A stretch of 49,656 nt of DNA from Acidobacteriaceae bacterium (GTDB lineage: Bacteria; Acidobacteriota; Terriglobia; Terriglobales; Acidobacteriaceae): positions 37,457 through 87,112 of the forward strand of contig PLZN01000357.1 of NCBI GenBank assembly GCA_003152195.1, read 5' to 3'. The notes under the pieces were generated by a model that worked only from the letters and a program-made list of their open reading frames with translations, did no database searches and was not told where the DNA came from. Of the stretch, positions 16,437-26,210 are shown one piece after another. A program made the translations under genes and the position numbers. Numbering within the stretch: position 1 is the stretch's first letter; each line of letters opens with the position of its first letter.

Positions 16437-17720
16437 ATGTCGAACATCATCGGCACAGCATCCACCACACAACAGCTGCAGCTTGAGGCCTTGAACGAGG
16501 TCATCAAGCTGCTCATCGAAAAGGAGGCCAAGCTCGACTCCCGCATCTCAGAGCGCGGCTCCATCACCCCGGTCTCGCTGCGCAGCTTTCGCCTGCGCTT
16601 CCAGACCGCGTTTCCCGGCAACGTCGCGCTGTTCAACCTGGACGGCGGCATTCTCCCTGCCGGCAATTTCTCGCAGTGGGATCAGGGGACGCTGACTCCG
16701 CTGGCGACCGTTATCCCGGTTGAGTATTCGCGGCTGGTGGACATCATCGGCGAAGGCGGACCGAAGGTGGTCTCAGAGAACCCGGTCACTAAGACGCTGG
16801 CGGACGTCGCTGTCCAGATGGCGAAGAACCGGGACCAGTTCCTGCAGCAGGCGGGCGATGGGAAAATCGGCCAGGTGGATCCCACGTACACCGGTGGCGG
16901 CGCCAACCCGATTATCCTGACCTCACAACCATGGGGCGCACGCCTGGTGTCGCAGGGTCAGCAGGTACAGGTGATGTCCAACACCTACACCCTGCGCGGC
17001 ACCTGCTACATCACCAACGTCAACAACAAGCTCGGCTCGGCCCAGTCCATTACCGTGGACGCGGTTCCCGCGGGCACCACCTCTGGCGACTTCATCATGG
17101 TCGCGGGCGTGGCGGCGACGACCCCGGTGTTTCTCTACGGTATTCCGTATTTTCACAACACCTCTACCACGGGCACCTATCTCGGCATCAACCGGACGCA
17201 GAATTACGTGGTGGCGAACGGTGTGGCTGCCGGCGGCGCTCCGCTGTCGCTTCCCATGCTGCGCGCGGCGCTCAGCCGCGTGGAGCAGTCGCTGGGCACG
17301 GATGCGCTCAAGTCGCAGGTATGGCATGCGCATCCCTCCCAGATCCAGGCCTACGAGGAGATGGGCTTCGCCAAGCAGGAGATCTTGATGACCAACGGCA
17401 AGATGCCCGGCTTTGACGGACTCACCGCGAACGTAGGCCAGTTCACCATCGCCGGACGCGAGGTGATGCGGAACATCCACGCCGACCAGACACGCATCGA
17501 CTTCATGGAGTTCGGTTCATGGCTCAAGGTGGTGTGGGGTAAGGCGCCGTTCTGGTTCAAGAACCGCAGCGGTCAGTGGGTGTTTCAGATCTACGATCCG
17601 GCGTCGGGTAACCCGACGGCGAACGAAGGATGCTACTACGTCGACGCGCGACAATACGCGGTTGATAATCCCCAGGCTATCAGCTCGGTTACCGGGCTGA
17701 AGGTACCTGTCTACAACTAA
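16437..17720 (+). CDS. Major capsid protein candidate
   Basis: 427 aa. SD aaggaa lies 9 nt upstream. The gene follows the scaffold-like gene directly and is followed by the strongest intrinsic terminator in the window. Called from position and size only. Confidence 0.6.
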   Translation: MSNIIGTASTTQQLQLEALNEVIKLLIEKEAKLDSRISERGSITPVSLRSFRLRFQTAFPGNVALFNLDGGILPAGNFSQWDQGTLTPLATVIPVEYSRLVDIIGEGGPKVVSENPVTKTLADVAVQMAKNRDQFLQQAGDGKIGQVDPTYTGGGANPIILTSQPWGARLVSQGQQVQVMSNTYTLRGTCYITNVNNKLGSAQSITVDAVPAGTTSGDFIMVAGVAATTPVFLYGIPYFHNTSTTGTYLGINRTQNYVVANGVAAGGAPLSLPMLRAALSRVEQSLGTDALKSQVWHAHPSQIQAYEEMGFAKQEILMTNGKMPGFDGLTANVGQFTIAGREVMRNIHADQTRIDFMEFGSWLKVVWGKAPFWFKNRSGQWVFQIYDPASGNPTANEGCYYVDARQYAVDNPQAISSVTGLKVPVYN

Positions 17721-17743
17721 CCAGAAAGTAAGTGCACTTAGGG

Positions 17744-17779
17744 AAGGGCTGAGATCAATTTCTCAGCCCTTTGTTTTTG
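17744..17779 (+). terminator. Rho-independent terminator after the capsid gene
   Basis: aagggctgaga-tcaatt-tctcagccctt followed by tgtttttgg. Confidence 0.75.
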
Positions 17780-17839
17780 GTCTTAATACCTTGACGTTGG
17801 GATTTGTGGAACCGATGGTTCCGCTTATGGACAGAATGC

Positions 17840-18631
17840 ATGGAGAGATCAGCGATGTCTTATGACGGCCCTTGCCCCGGTGGCACGGCGAACTTGCCCG
17901 ACCCTCACTTCAAGATGGAAGCAGTGTTGGTGTGCGACCGCTACTCCGATTTCTTACGCTGTACGCTGCCGGCCAACAAACATTTGTTCGACCGCATCGT
18001 GGTGGTCACCTCCGCGGAAGATCGCGATACCCAGCGTATTTGCGAGTTTCATCACGTCGAGTGCATTAAGACCGATGCGCTCAATTCGCGCTGGGACCGG
18101 TTCTGCAAGGGAGCAGGCATCAATGAGGGCCTAAGCCGGCTCGACCGGGATGCGTGGGTGGTCCATCTTGATGCGGATATCTGGCTGCCACCGCAGACGC
18201 GCTTGTTGCTGCAGAATGCCAACCTCGACCCGAGCATGATCTATGGCATCGACCGGTTTTGCGTGAAGGGTTATGCACGGTGGGACAGCTTTCTGGAGAT
18301 GCCCTCACTCCAGCATGAATGCGATGCCTACGTTCACCTGAACGCTTTTCCCCTGGGCACGCGCGTCACCAGCAAGGACGGCGGGGGCTATATTCCCATC
18401 GGATTTTTTCAGATGTGGTGCCCGACGGTCTCCTGCGTTTGCGAATACCCGGTTGCGCATACCGACGCGGGCCGCGGCGACATGGTGTTTGCCAAGACGT
18501 GGCCACGGGCGAAGCGCGGGTTGATCCCTGAGGTTGTGGGGTACCACCTGGAGAGCACGGACGCGTCGATGTCAGCAAACTGGTACGGCCGGAAGACGGC
18601 AGCCTTCACGCACAGTGGCGGCCCGTTATGA
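17840..18631 (+). CDS. GT-A fold glycosyltransferase (family 2-like), DXD = D-A-D
   Basis: ...RIVVVTSAEDRDT...KGAGINEGLSRLDRDAWVVHLDADIWLPP... matches the nucleotide-sugar transferase pattern (Rossmann start, K.gaiN.g, hLDADi.lP). The start is ATG 17840 or 17855. Confidence 0.55.
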   Translation: MERSAMSYDGPCPGGTANLPDPHFKMEAVLVCDRYSDFLRCTLPANKHLFDRIVVVTSAEDRDTQRICEFHHVECIKTDALNSRWDRFCKGAGINEGLSRLDRDAWVVHLDADIWLPPQTRLLLQNANLDPSMIYGIDRFCVKGYARWDSFLEMPSLQHECDAYVHLNAFPLGTRVTSKDGGGYIPIGFFQMWCPTVSCVCEYPVAHTDAGRGDMVFAKTWPRAKRGLIPEVVGYHLESTDASMSANWYGRKTAAFTHSGGPL

Positions 18632-19335
18632 GCCATATCGTCCCCAGAGCTACACAGCGGTTTCTTACTTCCTACGGTGGCACAAATCCGTTCGGTAAGC
18701 CGCGATGGAGACTGCTCGTTGGCAGCGACCGGCTGGTAAAAGAGTCGGGCGTTTACCGGGATTGGGCTCCAGGGCTCTCCACCGCGGAGAAGGGCGGATT
18801 GAACTTTGAGGCCAACCCAGATGCTCCGGGCTGTAACTTCTCTCGCCATGACAACCGTCCGATCCGCGTGGTCACCGAGATGCGCGAGGTGAAGAAGTAT
18901 CCCCACGCCCCAGGGTGGGTGCTGGAGAGGTGGTTCCCTGCATCGAGTTATGGCACGCAGGCAGAGTGGTATTCGTACAAGGCAGTCGACGGGTTTACTC
19001 CGATGCTGGGTCCGTATCCCGAATGTGGTGACTACGAGATGATCTTTGGACCGTGGCCCAAGGCGCCCACGACCGATACGCTGCAGGATTTGATTGCGCA
19101 GTACAGTGCGGACATCAACAACCGCCGCGGAAGCGCAGAGTCCAGGGCACAAGAGTACTTACTGCGGTTTCAGTATGAGGAAGAACAGGCTGAGGCGAAA
19201 CGGAAGATCGAGTATGACGCCATGATGCGCGATCATATCTCGCCCTTGCACAGCAGTAGCCTCGCCGCCAGCCGTTGGAGACAGGATCTGGCACGCCGCA
19301 CCGGGAATGCTAACGAGCATATCGGGATTCTCTAG
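18628..19335 (+). CDS. Hypothetical phage protein
   Basis: ATGA overlap with the glycosyltransferase gene. 235 aa with no recognisable domain. Confidence 0.6.
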   Translation: MSHIVPRATQRFLTSYGGTNPFGKPRWRLLVGSDRLVKESGVYRDWAPGLSTAEKGGLNFEANPDAPGCNFSRHDNRPIRVVTEMREVKKYPHAPGWVLERWFPASSYGTQAEWYSYKAVDGFTPMLGPYPECGDYEMIFGPWPKAPTTDTLQDLIAQYSADINNRRGSAESRAQEYLLRFQYEEEQAEAKRKIEYDAMMRDHISPLHSSSLAASRWRQDLARRTGNANEHIGIL

Positions 19336-19386
19336 GGCGGGGATGACAATTCTTTACTTAACCAAGACACTCAAGGAGCTTGATCG

Positions 19387-20343
19387 ATGGCGACAGTTGT
19401 TATTACTCCCGAAATGCAGCGGGCGAACGCGGAGGCACTGCTGGGCAAGGATCCCGGTAAGTTCCGTGACCCCGGCCAGCGCTGGACGGTCAAACGATAT
19501 GCCGAGATTCAGCGGCTGCTTAAACAGGCGGAAGCCGATAAGCCCGTCACCATCCTCAACTTGAACCCCTTTTCCTTAAAGATCAACGGCGGTGTCTTTT
19601 TCCCGGAGGAGATTGCCCCGTGCCCTCCGGGCAAGCCTTACACCATCCACCTGATCCGGGAGACGCGTTGGGGCCATAAGGACCTGGGCTACGATGCGCA
19701 GAACATGATGCAGATGGAGCCGGTACCGGCGATTCCGCTGGTGCTGGCGGCTGAATACATTCGCGAATACGTACAGCAGGACGGCGGCTTCGGCGGGGTG
19801 CTCTGCTATGTCGGCGATCACGACCCGGCCAGCTTCAAGAAAGGCGCGATGATCCGTGTTCCCGAAGTTGCCTACAACGAGCGGGGAGAGTTTTACGTGG
19901 AGGTTCGCGAGCGCGACTTCCACGAGACGCTGGCAGCCATCCGGAAGAAACGTAACTCGTCCATTCTGAACCGGCTGCAATCAGCCAATGCCTGGTACGA
20001 GAACGACTCGCAGCGCATGAACGTGAACGACACCCACCGCGATATGGCGCGGCTCGCGGTGGAGGAAGGGCTGATTCCCGAGTTGCCGCGCTGGGTCATG
20101 CAGGCCAACACGCTCACCGACAAGCAGCCGGAGCCATGCCCGAGCTGCGCGGCGACGCCCAAGGCCGGCGCCATTCTGTGCGTGAACTGCGGTCACATCT
20201 TCAATGTGATTCAAGCCTACAAGAACACGCGTATCGCCTACGGCGCGGTGGAGATGGATCGCCTGACAGCGGAAGAGTGGAAGACGGTGAACCAGATCAA
20301 GGCGGAGCGCGATAAGGCGAAGGGCAAGGCAGGCGCGCCGTGA
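19387..20343 (+). CDS. Hypothetical phage protein with C-terminal 4-Cys zinc-ribbon
   Basis: 318 aa, containing CPSCAATPKAGAILCVNCGH near the C-terminus. Confidence 0.6.
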   Translation: MATVVITPEMQRANAEALLGKDPGKFRDPGQRWTVKRYAEIQRLLKQAEADKPVTILNLNPFSLKINGGVFFPEEIAPCPPGKPYTIHLIRETRWGHKDLGYDAQNMMQMEPVPAIPLVLAAEYIREYVQQDGGFGGVLCYVGDHDPASFKKGAMIRVPEVAYNERGEFYVEVRERDFHETLAAIRKKRNSSILNRLQSANAWYENDSQRMNVNDTHRDMARLAVEEGLIPELPRWVMQANTLTDKQPEPCPSCAATPKAGAILCVNCGHIFNVIQAYKNTRIAYGAVEMDRLTAEEWKTVNQIKAERDKAKGKAGAP

Positions 20344-21020
20344 GCTGGACTCTGGGCCAGGTAAAGGCGCGGGTGCGGAATCTGCTGGACGATCCCCAGG
20401 GATCGTATCTCACCGATGACTTCGTCGTGCCCTTGATTAGTGAAGTGTATGACGATGCCAACTCACAACTCGCGTCGACGCAATCCTCGTGGGATATCGC
20501 CGTGGTTGAGGTGCCTGGTCTTGCTCCGGGTACGCCAAACCTGGGGCCCTATCAAACGGGCTCCGGCCCCCTGGCCGCCCTGACTGACCGGCCATTGCGC
20601 ATCGATTGGAAGCCGGCTGGGGATGACCCTTCCTATTACCGGCTGGTGACCAATTACGAAGTCCTTCCCGATCTGCAGCCGCGCGAGGGCATCGCCGGAT
20701 GGGAGTTCCGCAGCGAAGTGATCTGGCTTACGAATTCTTCCATCGCCGTTGACCTTCGCGTCCGGGGCGAATTTGGGCCGCAACCGCTGACCAGCGATGA
20801 GAGCGTGCTGATCTCACATCCGCGCATTGGCTACGTCGTCGCCTACGGCACCGCAGCACTGATTGCCACGGTACGCGGCAACGATGCGTGGACGAGACAG
20901 TATGAACAAAAAGCTCTGGAGGGTATGGACGAAATTATGGAGCAGCTCGTCCGCGCCGAACAGGGCCAGGTACGCCGCGCCGGAAGACAGACCCGGCGGC
21001 GTGGATCTTATGGACAGTAA
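20340..21020 (+). CDS. Hypothetical virion protein (possible head-tail adaptor)
   Basis: GTGA overlap with the previous gene. The N-terminus ...VKARVRNLLDDPQGSYLTDDFVVPLISEVYDDA resembles adaptor/connector-type openings. The call is weak. Confidence 0.45.
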   Translation: MSWTLGQVKARVRNLLDDPQGSYLTDDFVVPLISEVYDDANSQLASTQSSWDIAVVEVPGLAPGTPNLGPYQTGSGPLAALTDRPLRIDWKPAGDDPSYYRLVTNYEVLPDLQPREGIAGWEFRSEVIWLTNSSIAVDLRVRGEFGPQPLTSDESVLISHPRIGYVVAYGTAALIATVRGNDAWTRQYEQKALEGMDEIMEQLVRAEQGQVRRAGRQTRRRGSYGQ

Positions 21021-21048
21021 TTATTCCATTTCTTACTAAGGAGAAACC

Positions 21049-21414
21049 ATGGCAGTTTCAGGAGCAATCATCGATTACACAGGTGCGGCGGGAGAGCGTA
21101 ACTTTACCGTCTTCATCCAGCTTACCTTTAGCGGTAGTTTCACCACCGGCGGAGATCCGCTCAACTTAGCGACACTGACCAATCCGAACGGCCTCGATGT
21201 CGAGGGCGTCTTCGAGCTTCCGCTGTCCTTGGGCCCGTCGGTTTATCTGGAGGATATCGGCGGGTATTATGTGCAGCCGAAGGTTTCGGGCTCGACCGTG
21301 AATGCATTCCTTATTAACGTGTATGCACCGGGCGGATCGATCGTCTCCGGAGCGTACAACACGGCTGTCACAAGCGGCAACGTGATTCTCACCATGCAGA
21401 AGCGGCGCGTCTAA
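21049..21414 (+). CDS. Small hypothetical virion protein
   Basis: SD aaggagaaacc precedes the ATG. 121 aa, beta-rich. Confidence 0.55.
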   Translation: MAVSGAIIDYTGAAGERNFTVFIQLTFSGSFTTGGDPLNLATLTNPNGLDVEGVFELPLSLGPSVYLEDIGGYYVQPKVSGSTVNAFLINVYAPGGSIVSGAYNTAVTSGNVILTMQKRRV

Positions 21415-21499
21415 GAGCTGAAACCGCAGGTCCTTCCACTACGATTCGCTCCGGCCGGGATGACAAATTGGTGTGCGCATTTGAGCGACAGGACACTCG

Positions 21500-24463
21500 A
21501 TGAACTTTGAAGGCTTCATCCCGCACGAGTTCACTCGCTTTGGTGGGCTCGTAGACAATGACGATCCGACCGTGCTGCCTATGGGCGTTGCGGCTGTCTG
21601 CAGGAACTGCAGATTTCAGCTTACGACCGTGGCCACGCGGTACGGCCTGCAGACGGTCATGCAGGGGCCAAACCAGGTCCCTATCTCCGGCCTGGCTTCT
21701 TTGATTTATACCCCGGAGAATCCCGGCGAGACACTCTTCCAGGTACCGATGGTCTTCGATACAGACGGCTATCTGCTGGTCGAGAGGCCGACAGGCAGCG
21801 GGAGGCTGGTGCGTGTGCAAGGGCCGCTGGTGAGCCAGCCGGCGAACGCGCACGCGATCGTGACCGAGGCTTATAACAGAGCCCTGATCGCGTACTCGGA
21901 CCTGAAGACGCCGTCGGCTCCCATCAACGTCTATGGGCTGAGCACGGAGGATCTGGACCCGTACGGGCAGAAACCTCTCGGCGCCTCCTGGCTCCCGTCC
22001 ACGGCATATGTCGTGGGCGAGCACGTGCAACCGAATGCCGCGGGTGGGAATGGACACCTCTACCGATGCAGCGTGGCGGGGACCACGTCCGCCTCAGAAC
22101 CAGTTTGGCCGCTCACGGAAAACGCGACGGTTACGGATGGTGGGGTAATCTGGGAAGAGCTGACCCCGGTGCTGGTAAACAGGCTGCCCGCGCCCAATTC
22201 CCCGCAGCCCAGCAGGGTGGCAAGCGGCGGAGCTTTCGCCGCGGGCCGCGATGTCTACCTGGAGATGACCTACGTCAACGCGCAGGGAGAGTCGATTGCC
22301 TCGGCTCCGGGCATCCTGGTCAACACGAATTTGAATGACGCCGCAAAGTTCACGGCGCCAACCTTATCCAGCCTGGCGGGGTGGATTCGTGGGCTGGCTG
22401 CGGCGTATCGGCCCACCTCCGTCAACGTGTACGAGGCGGACGTTGCCACGGGCGGCGCAGCGCCCTCTTCGGCGAGCTTTGCCGAGGTAGGAACTTTTGC
22501 GCTTGGCGCTACGGTCACGGTGACGACAACGGCTGCTGGGGTTGCGCCGCCATCCTCAAACACGGCTCGGGTTACTCCGGGTGGATTGCAGCCCCCACCA
22601 GCACCTACCATCGAACGCGCATCGGGCTCGGGCAGCTGGGCAGCAGGACGCGATGTCTACGTGATTGCCACCTTCACCAATGCATCGGGGGAGACGCTGC
22701 CGTCGGTTGCCGGAACGCTGATCAACACTATCCTCGATGACGCAGTGCAGGTTCCCATTCCCTCCACGCTGTACCCGATCACGGGTGTGAACCTTTATGA
22801 AGCCGACGTTGCCACCGGAGCGCCCGCACCTGCCACCGACAGCTATGCGTTCGTGGGATCATTTCAGCCGCTGACAACCGCCACGATGACTGCGGCCGCG
22901 AGCGGGCCGGCTCCTCCAGTGGCCAACAGCTCAGGGGCTGCGGGCAATATCGCAGCAGACGCGAGCCCGGGCCTTCGCTATGCCAGCATCGCTTTCACCA
23001 ACCGCAACGGAAACCTGAGCGGCACGGTTCCGGCCTTCACCTCCGTCAGCGTGGATGTACCGGGCTACGAACTGTACATGGCCAACATTCCGATTGGACC
23101 AAGCAACATCATCAACCGCACGATTGGATTCACGGTCGCGGACGGCACGAATGTCGGCCCATTCTTTTACATTCCCTCGGCAACGGTGAGCGCCGGCATC
23201 GCCATGGCGGCGACGGTGATCGGCGACAACACGACATCGACGGCATTCTTCAACTTCACCGATGAGTTTCTGGAGGCAGAGACCTCGACCGACATGACGG
23301 ATCGGCTGCGCTGCGTGGTTCCTCCGGCGGCGGTGGATGTGTACTATTCGCCATCGAACGATCGCGTGGTGCTGAGTGGGGTGGATGGATACGGATCGGG
23401 CCACTACATCTCGCTGGCCGCGGACTCGGAGTCCTACTATGGCGACACCAGCCCGATCCAGGTAGCGAACGGCAATGGACAGCGATGCATCTGCGCCCGC
23501 GAATTTCAGGGAACGCTCTTCTCGCTGAAAGAGCGCTCCGGCTTCACCATCTCGCCCACGGCGACCGATCCTTCCACCTGGTCGGTGCAGCAGCGATGGG
23601 AGGGCGTAGGGCCATGTGGGCCGCGAGCGGTTTGCGTCACCAACGAGTTCCTGTTCTTCGTGCATCGCAGCGGCGCATACGCCTACACGCCCAGTGAAGC
23701 GCAGCCTAAGCTCATGACCAAGGAGATCCCTACCCTGTGGCAGACCATCAACTGGGATTACCAGCATGTGATCTGGTGCTGCGTGGATGAAGAGAACAAG
23801 GAGATCCGGATTGGCATCCCGGTGGGCAGCGCGACGGTGCCCAACCAGACACTGACCATGAACTACATGGAGGGCATGTCGGGGCCCATCCACTTCAGCC
23901 AGTATGCGGGTCGAGAGGTCGCCATGGGCGCGGCACGCAAGTGGAGCCTGGATGATGTGGCCGGATCAATGGCCGTGCGCTGTGAGCGCCAGTTGCCCGG
24001 GAGTGCCTCGCCGTTTGGATCCCTGCGGCAGTCTCAGCTGCTGATCGCCTCCTCGTCGCCCGATGGGACGGTGCAGATGATTGCGACCGGCGTTTATAAC
24101 GACAACGGCCGCGGGATCACCTGCCAGTACGAGACCACCAGCACGCAGGACTTGATGGATGTCTCCATGCTGGGCGGCGTCAGCATCAATGCGCTGGGCC
24201 AGGGTTCGATGAGCGTATCCGTCATGGTGGCGAGAAGCTATGCGAACTCTCAGAACTCCGGGGGCAGCGCCGAGATCAAATTGGCGCCCTTCCCGCTGAC
24301 GCCGGAAAATTGGAGAGGCTACGACGGCGGCGCGAGGGGACAGAATGAGCGCTTTCGCATGCGCTTCACCAACGGAGCGATCGCGAACGCCTGGTTTGCG
24401 CTCAAGTATTGCAGCCTGTTTACGCGCCCGCTCTACACGGGCAGGAGCGGCGATGGCGCTTAA
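21500..24463 (+). CDS. Large virion protein (tail/nozzle-like) with three internal ~110-130-aa repeats
   Basis: 987 aa. Three repeats (~22190-23200) share AAGRDVY-x5-[FY]-x-N-x2-GE[ST], and the first two also share VN[LV]YEADVATG. The motif YRCSVAGTTSASEPVWP...DGGVIWEEL is common in phage tail proteins. Confidence 0.65.
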   Translation: MNFEGFIPHEFTRFGGLVDNDDPTVLPMGVAAVCRNCRFQLTTVATRYGLQTVMQGPNQVPISGLASLIYTPENPGETLFQVPMVFDTDGYLLVERPTGSGRLVRVQGPLVSQPANAHAIVTEAYNRALIAYSDLKTPSAPINVYGLSTEDLDPYGQKPLGASWLPSTAYVVGEHVQPNAAGGNGHLYRCSVAGTTSASEPVWPLTENATVTDGGVIWEELTPVLVNRLPAPNSPQPSRVASGGAFAAGRDVYLEMTYVNAQGESIASAPGILVNTNLNDAAKFTAPTLSSLAGWIRGLAAAYRPTSVNVYEADVATGGAAPSSASFAEVGTFALGATVTVTTTAAGVAPPSSNTARVTPGGLQPPPAPTIERASGSGSWAAGRDVYVIATFTNASGETLPSVAGTLINTILDDAVQVPIPSTLYPITGVNLYEADVATGAPAPATDSYAFVGSFQPLTTATMTAAASGPAPPVANSSGAAGNIAADASPGLRYASIAFTNRNGNLSGTVPAFTSVSVDVPGYELYMANIPIGPSNIINRTIGFTVADGTNVGPFFYIPSATVSAGIAMAATVIGDNTTSTAFFNFTDEFLEAETSTDMTDRLRCVVPPAAVDVYYSPSNDRVVLSGVDGYGSGHYISLAADSESYYGDTSPIQVANGNGQRCICAREFQGTLFSLKERSGFTISPTATDPSTWSVQQRWEGVGPCGPRAVCVTNEFLFFVHRSGAYAYTPSEAQPKLMTKEIPTLWQTINWDYQHVIWCCVDEENKEIRIGIPVGSATVPNQTLTMNYMEGMSGPIHFSQYAGREVAMGAARKWSLDDVAGSMAVRCERQLPGSASPFGSLRQSQLLIASSSPDGTVQMIATGVYNDNGRGITCQYETTSTQDLMDVSMLGGVSINALGQGSMSVSVMVARSYANSQNSGGSAEIKLAPFPLTPENWRGYDGGARGQNERFRMRFTNGAIANAWFALKYCSLFTRPLYTGRSGDGA

Positions 24464-25544
24464 GGTTAACCTGGCGCAGATCAACTCCGCGGCCAGGGGA
24501 AACAGCGATTTGCGGGAGACCCTGACCGGCATTCATCTGGCGCTGCAATCCCTCTACGCGCAGACGGGCACTGTACCGCTGCAGAAGATAGACGCGACCG
24601 CGACCGCCTTTACCTCACCACCGGCGCCTTCGCAGCTTGCAGTGAGCGGGGCGAATGGGAGCTTCACCGTCTCCATCGCCACGCCGCAGAACGCCTCGGG
24701 AGCCGCCGCGCCGCGCAACGCGACCAACGCGCCTATCTACCAGGAGATATCAAGCTCTCCGGTGGCCAACTTTGTCTCGGGAGTAGCAACTTACCCAGTC
24801 AGCACAAATACGAGTTACGTCTTCCCTAACCCGGGTGTGACCCTCTACTGGCGGCTGCGCTCGAGCTATAACCAGCAAAACTGGACCAGCTATATCGCTC
24901 AGCCGGGAGCAGTCAGCTCCGGCTTGATGAGCTCAGCGGCGACGGCGAGCAATCTCTCCCTCAACCAGTCGAACTACGCGACCGTGGACTCGGTCGCCAA
25001 TGGCAGCACGGCAACGGTGCGCATCTACGGCTCAGGTGGGGTCGGCAGTTCGTGGACCTCGATACTGGGCAGCAGTTCCCAGGTGATTGCCTCGGGATCC
25101 ATTATGAATGTCGCTTACGCGACCAATGGGTTCGTGGTGTGGGATGGGCAGAAGTATCAGCTCAAGCCACAACTGGCGCAGACGTTTCCTGATGCCTGGG
25201 TGCCAGTGGGAAAGATATCGGTCATTGCCAACGGGAGCGGCCTGGTGCTGCCGGTGATTCATGCCGTAGTGACCGGGGGCGCGATCGTCGCCTACCAGAT
25301 CATCAACCCTGGCAACGGGCTCACGGCGGCACCCGCGTTGACCATTACGGATAGCTCCGGCAGCGGCGCGACCGCTACGGCGGTGGTGTCGGCCGGCGCG
25401 GTGACGCAAGTCAACCCAGGAAGCGCGGGCAGCGGCTACTCCAGCACACCCACGGTGACCGCCTCCGGCGGAGTGAGCGGCGGCGCCGCCGGCGGTGGCG
25501 GAGCAACCGGCAACAACGGGGGGAGGCTCTACGCGGATGTATAG
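24453..25544 (+). CDS. Hypothetical virion protein (fibre-like, Gly-rich C-terminus)
   Basis: Internal ATG at 24453 overlaps the previous gene by 11 nt. 363 aa, Ser/Thr/Asn-rich, ending GGVSGGAAGGGGATGNNGGRLYADV. Confidence 0.55.
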   Translation: MALKVNLAQINSAARGNSDLRETLTGIHLALQSLYAQTGTVPLQKIDATATAFTSPPAPSQLAVSGANGSFTVSIATPQNASGAAAPRNATNAPIYQEISSSPVANFVSGVATYPVSTNTSYVFPNPGVTLYWRLRSSYNQQNWTSYIAQPGAVSSGLMSSAATASNLSLNQSNYATVDSVANGSTATVRIYGSGGVGSSWTSILGSSSQVIASGSIMNVAYATNGFVVWDGQKYQLKPQLAQTFPDAWVPVGKISVIANGSGLVLPVIHAVVTGGAIVAYQIINPGNGLTAAPALTITDSSGSGATATAVVSAGAVTQVNPGSAGSGYSSTPTVTASGGVSGGAAGGGGATGNNGGRLYADV

Positions 25545-25797
25545 CCTGCACGAGCAGTATGTGGACATGGCGAGCGGCTTTCATGTGATCGAGCTGCGCG
25601 ACGAGCGGGGCCATCGGCACCTGATACAGATTGCCATTGGCCTAGACTGCTGCCCGGCATGCGGAGCGGTCCATCCCAAGGACAACCTCGAAGCCCTGGA
25701 CCCGGCGGCCGCTATCGCCGGCGTGAACGAGGCGCTGAATACGTCGCAGCGGCAGATGCTTACCTATGCCGGCAAGCATGGGCTAAGAGTGAGATGA
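25537..25797 (+). CDS. Small hypothetical protein (Cys pair CCPAC)
   Basis: ATG 25537 with SD gggggagg upstream; overlaps the previous stop. 86 aa. Confidence 0.5.
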   Translation: MYSLHEQYVDMASGFHVIELRDERGHRHLIQIAIGLDCCPACGAVHPKDNLEALDPAAAIAGVNEALNTSQRQMLTYAGKHGLRVR

Positions 25798-26210
25798 GGC
25801 GCATCACGCTGCGTCAAGCGACCCGGGAAGACTGGCCGGCGATTCAGCGATTGCACCTGGAGCATCAGGCCGCGCAGGGAACCAATTACGAATTGCCTGA
25901 CCTGTTCGGGCGCTCGATCGCCATCGCCCTGGTGGGTGTGGAAGCGAGCGGAACGGTCAGGAACTGTATCTACGTGGAAACGATCGCGGAGTTGCGCTTT
26001 GTCGGATGCGACCCCAAGGCGACCGCGTTCTGCCGCCGGGAGATCGATGGGCTTAGTTACGTTTTGAAGCTGCATGGTTTTCGCTGGTTGGAGTGCTTCG
26101 TGCCCCGGCAACTCAAGCCAATGATCCAGAAACCATTGCGGCGGGCGGGGTTCGTTTGTGTCGATCGCGAGTTAGCCCATTTCGCCAAGGACCTGAGGGG
26201 GAAAGCATGA
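25794..26210 (+). CDS. Possible GNAT-like acetyltransferase (weak)
   Basis: ATGA overlap with the previous gene. It opens MRRITLRQATREDWPAIQRLHLEH, like many GNAT proteins, and is 138 aa. A clear acetyl-CoA loop (Q/RxxGxG/A) is not visible. Confidence 0.35.
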   Translation: MRRITLRQATREDWPAIQRLHLEHQAAQGTNYELPDLFGRSIAIALVGVEASGTVRNCIYVETIAELRFVGCDPKATAFCRREIDGLSYVLKLHGFRWLECFVPRQLKPMIQKPLRRAGFVCVDRELAHFAKDLRGKA

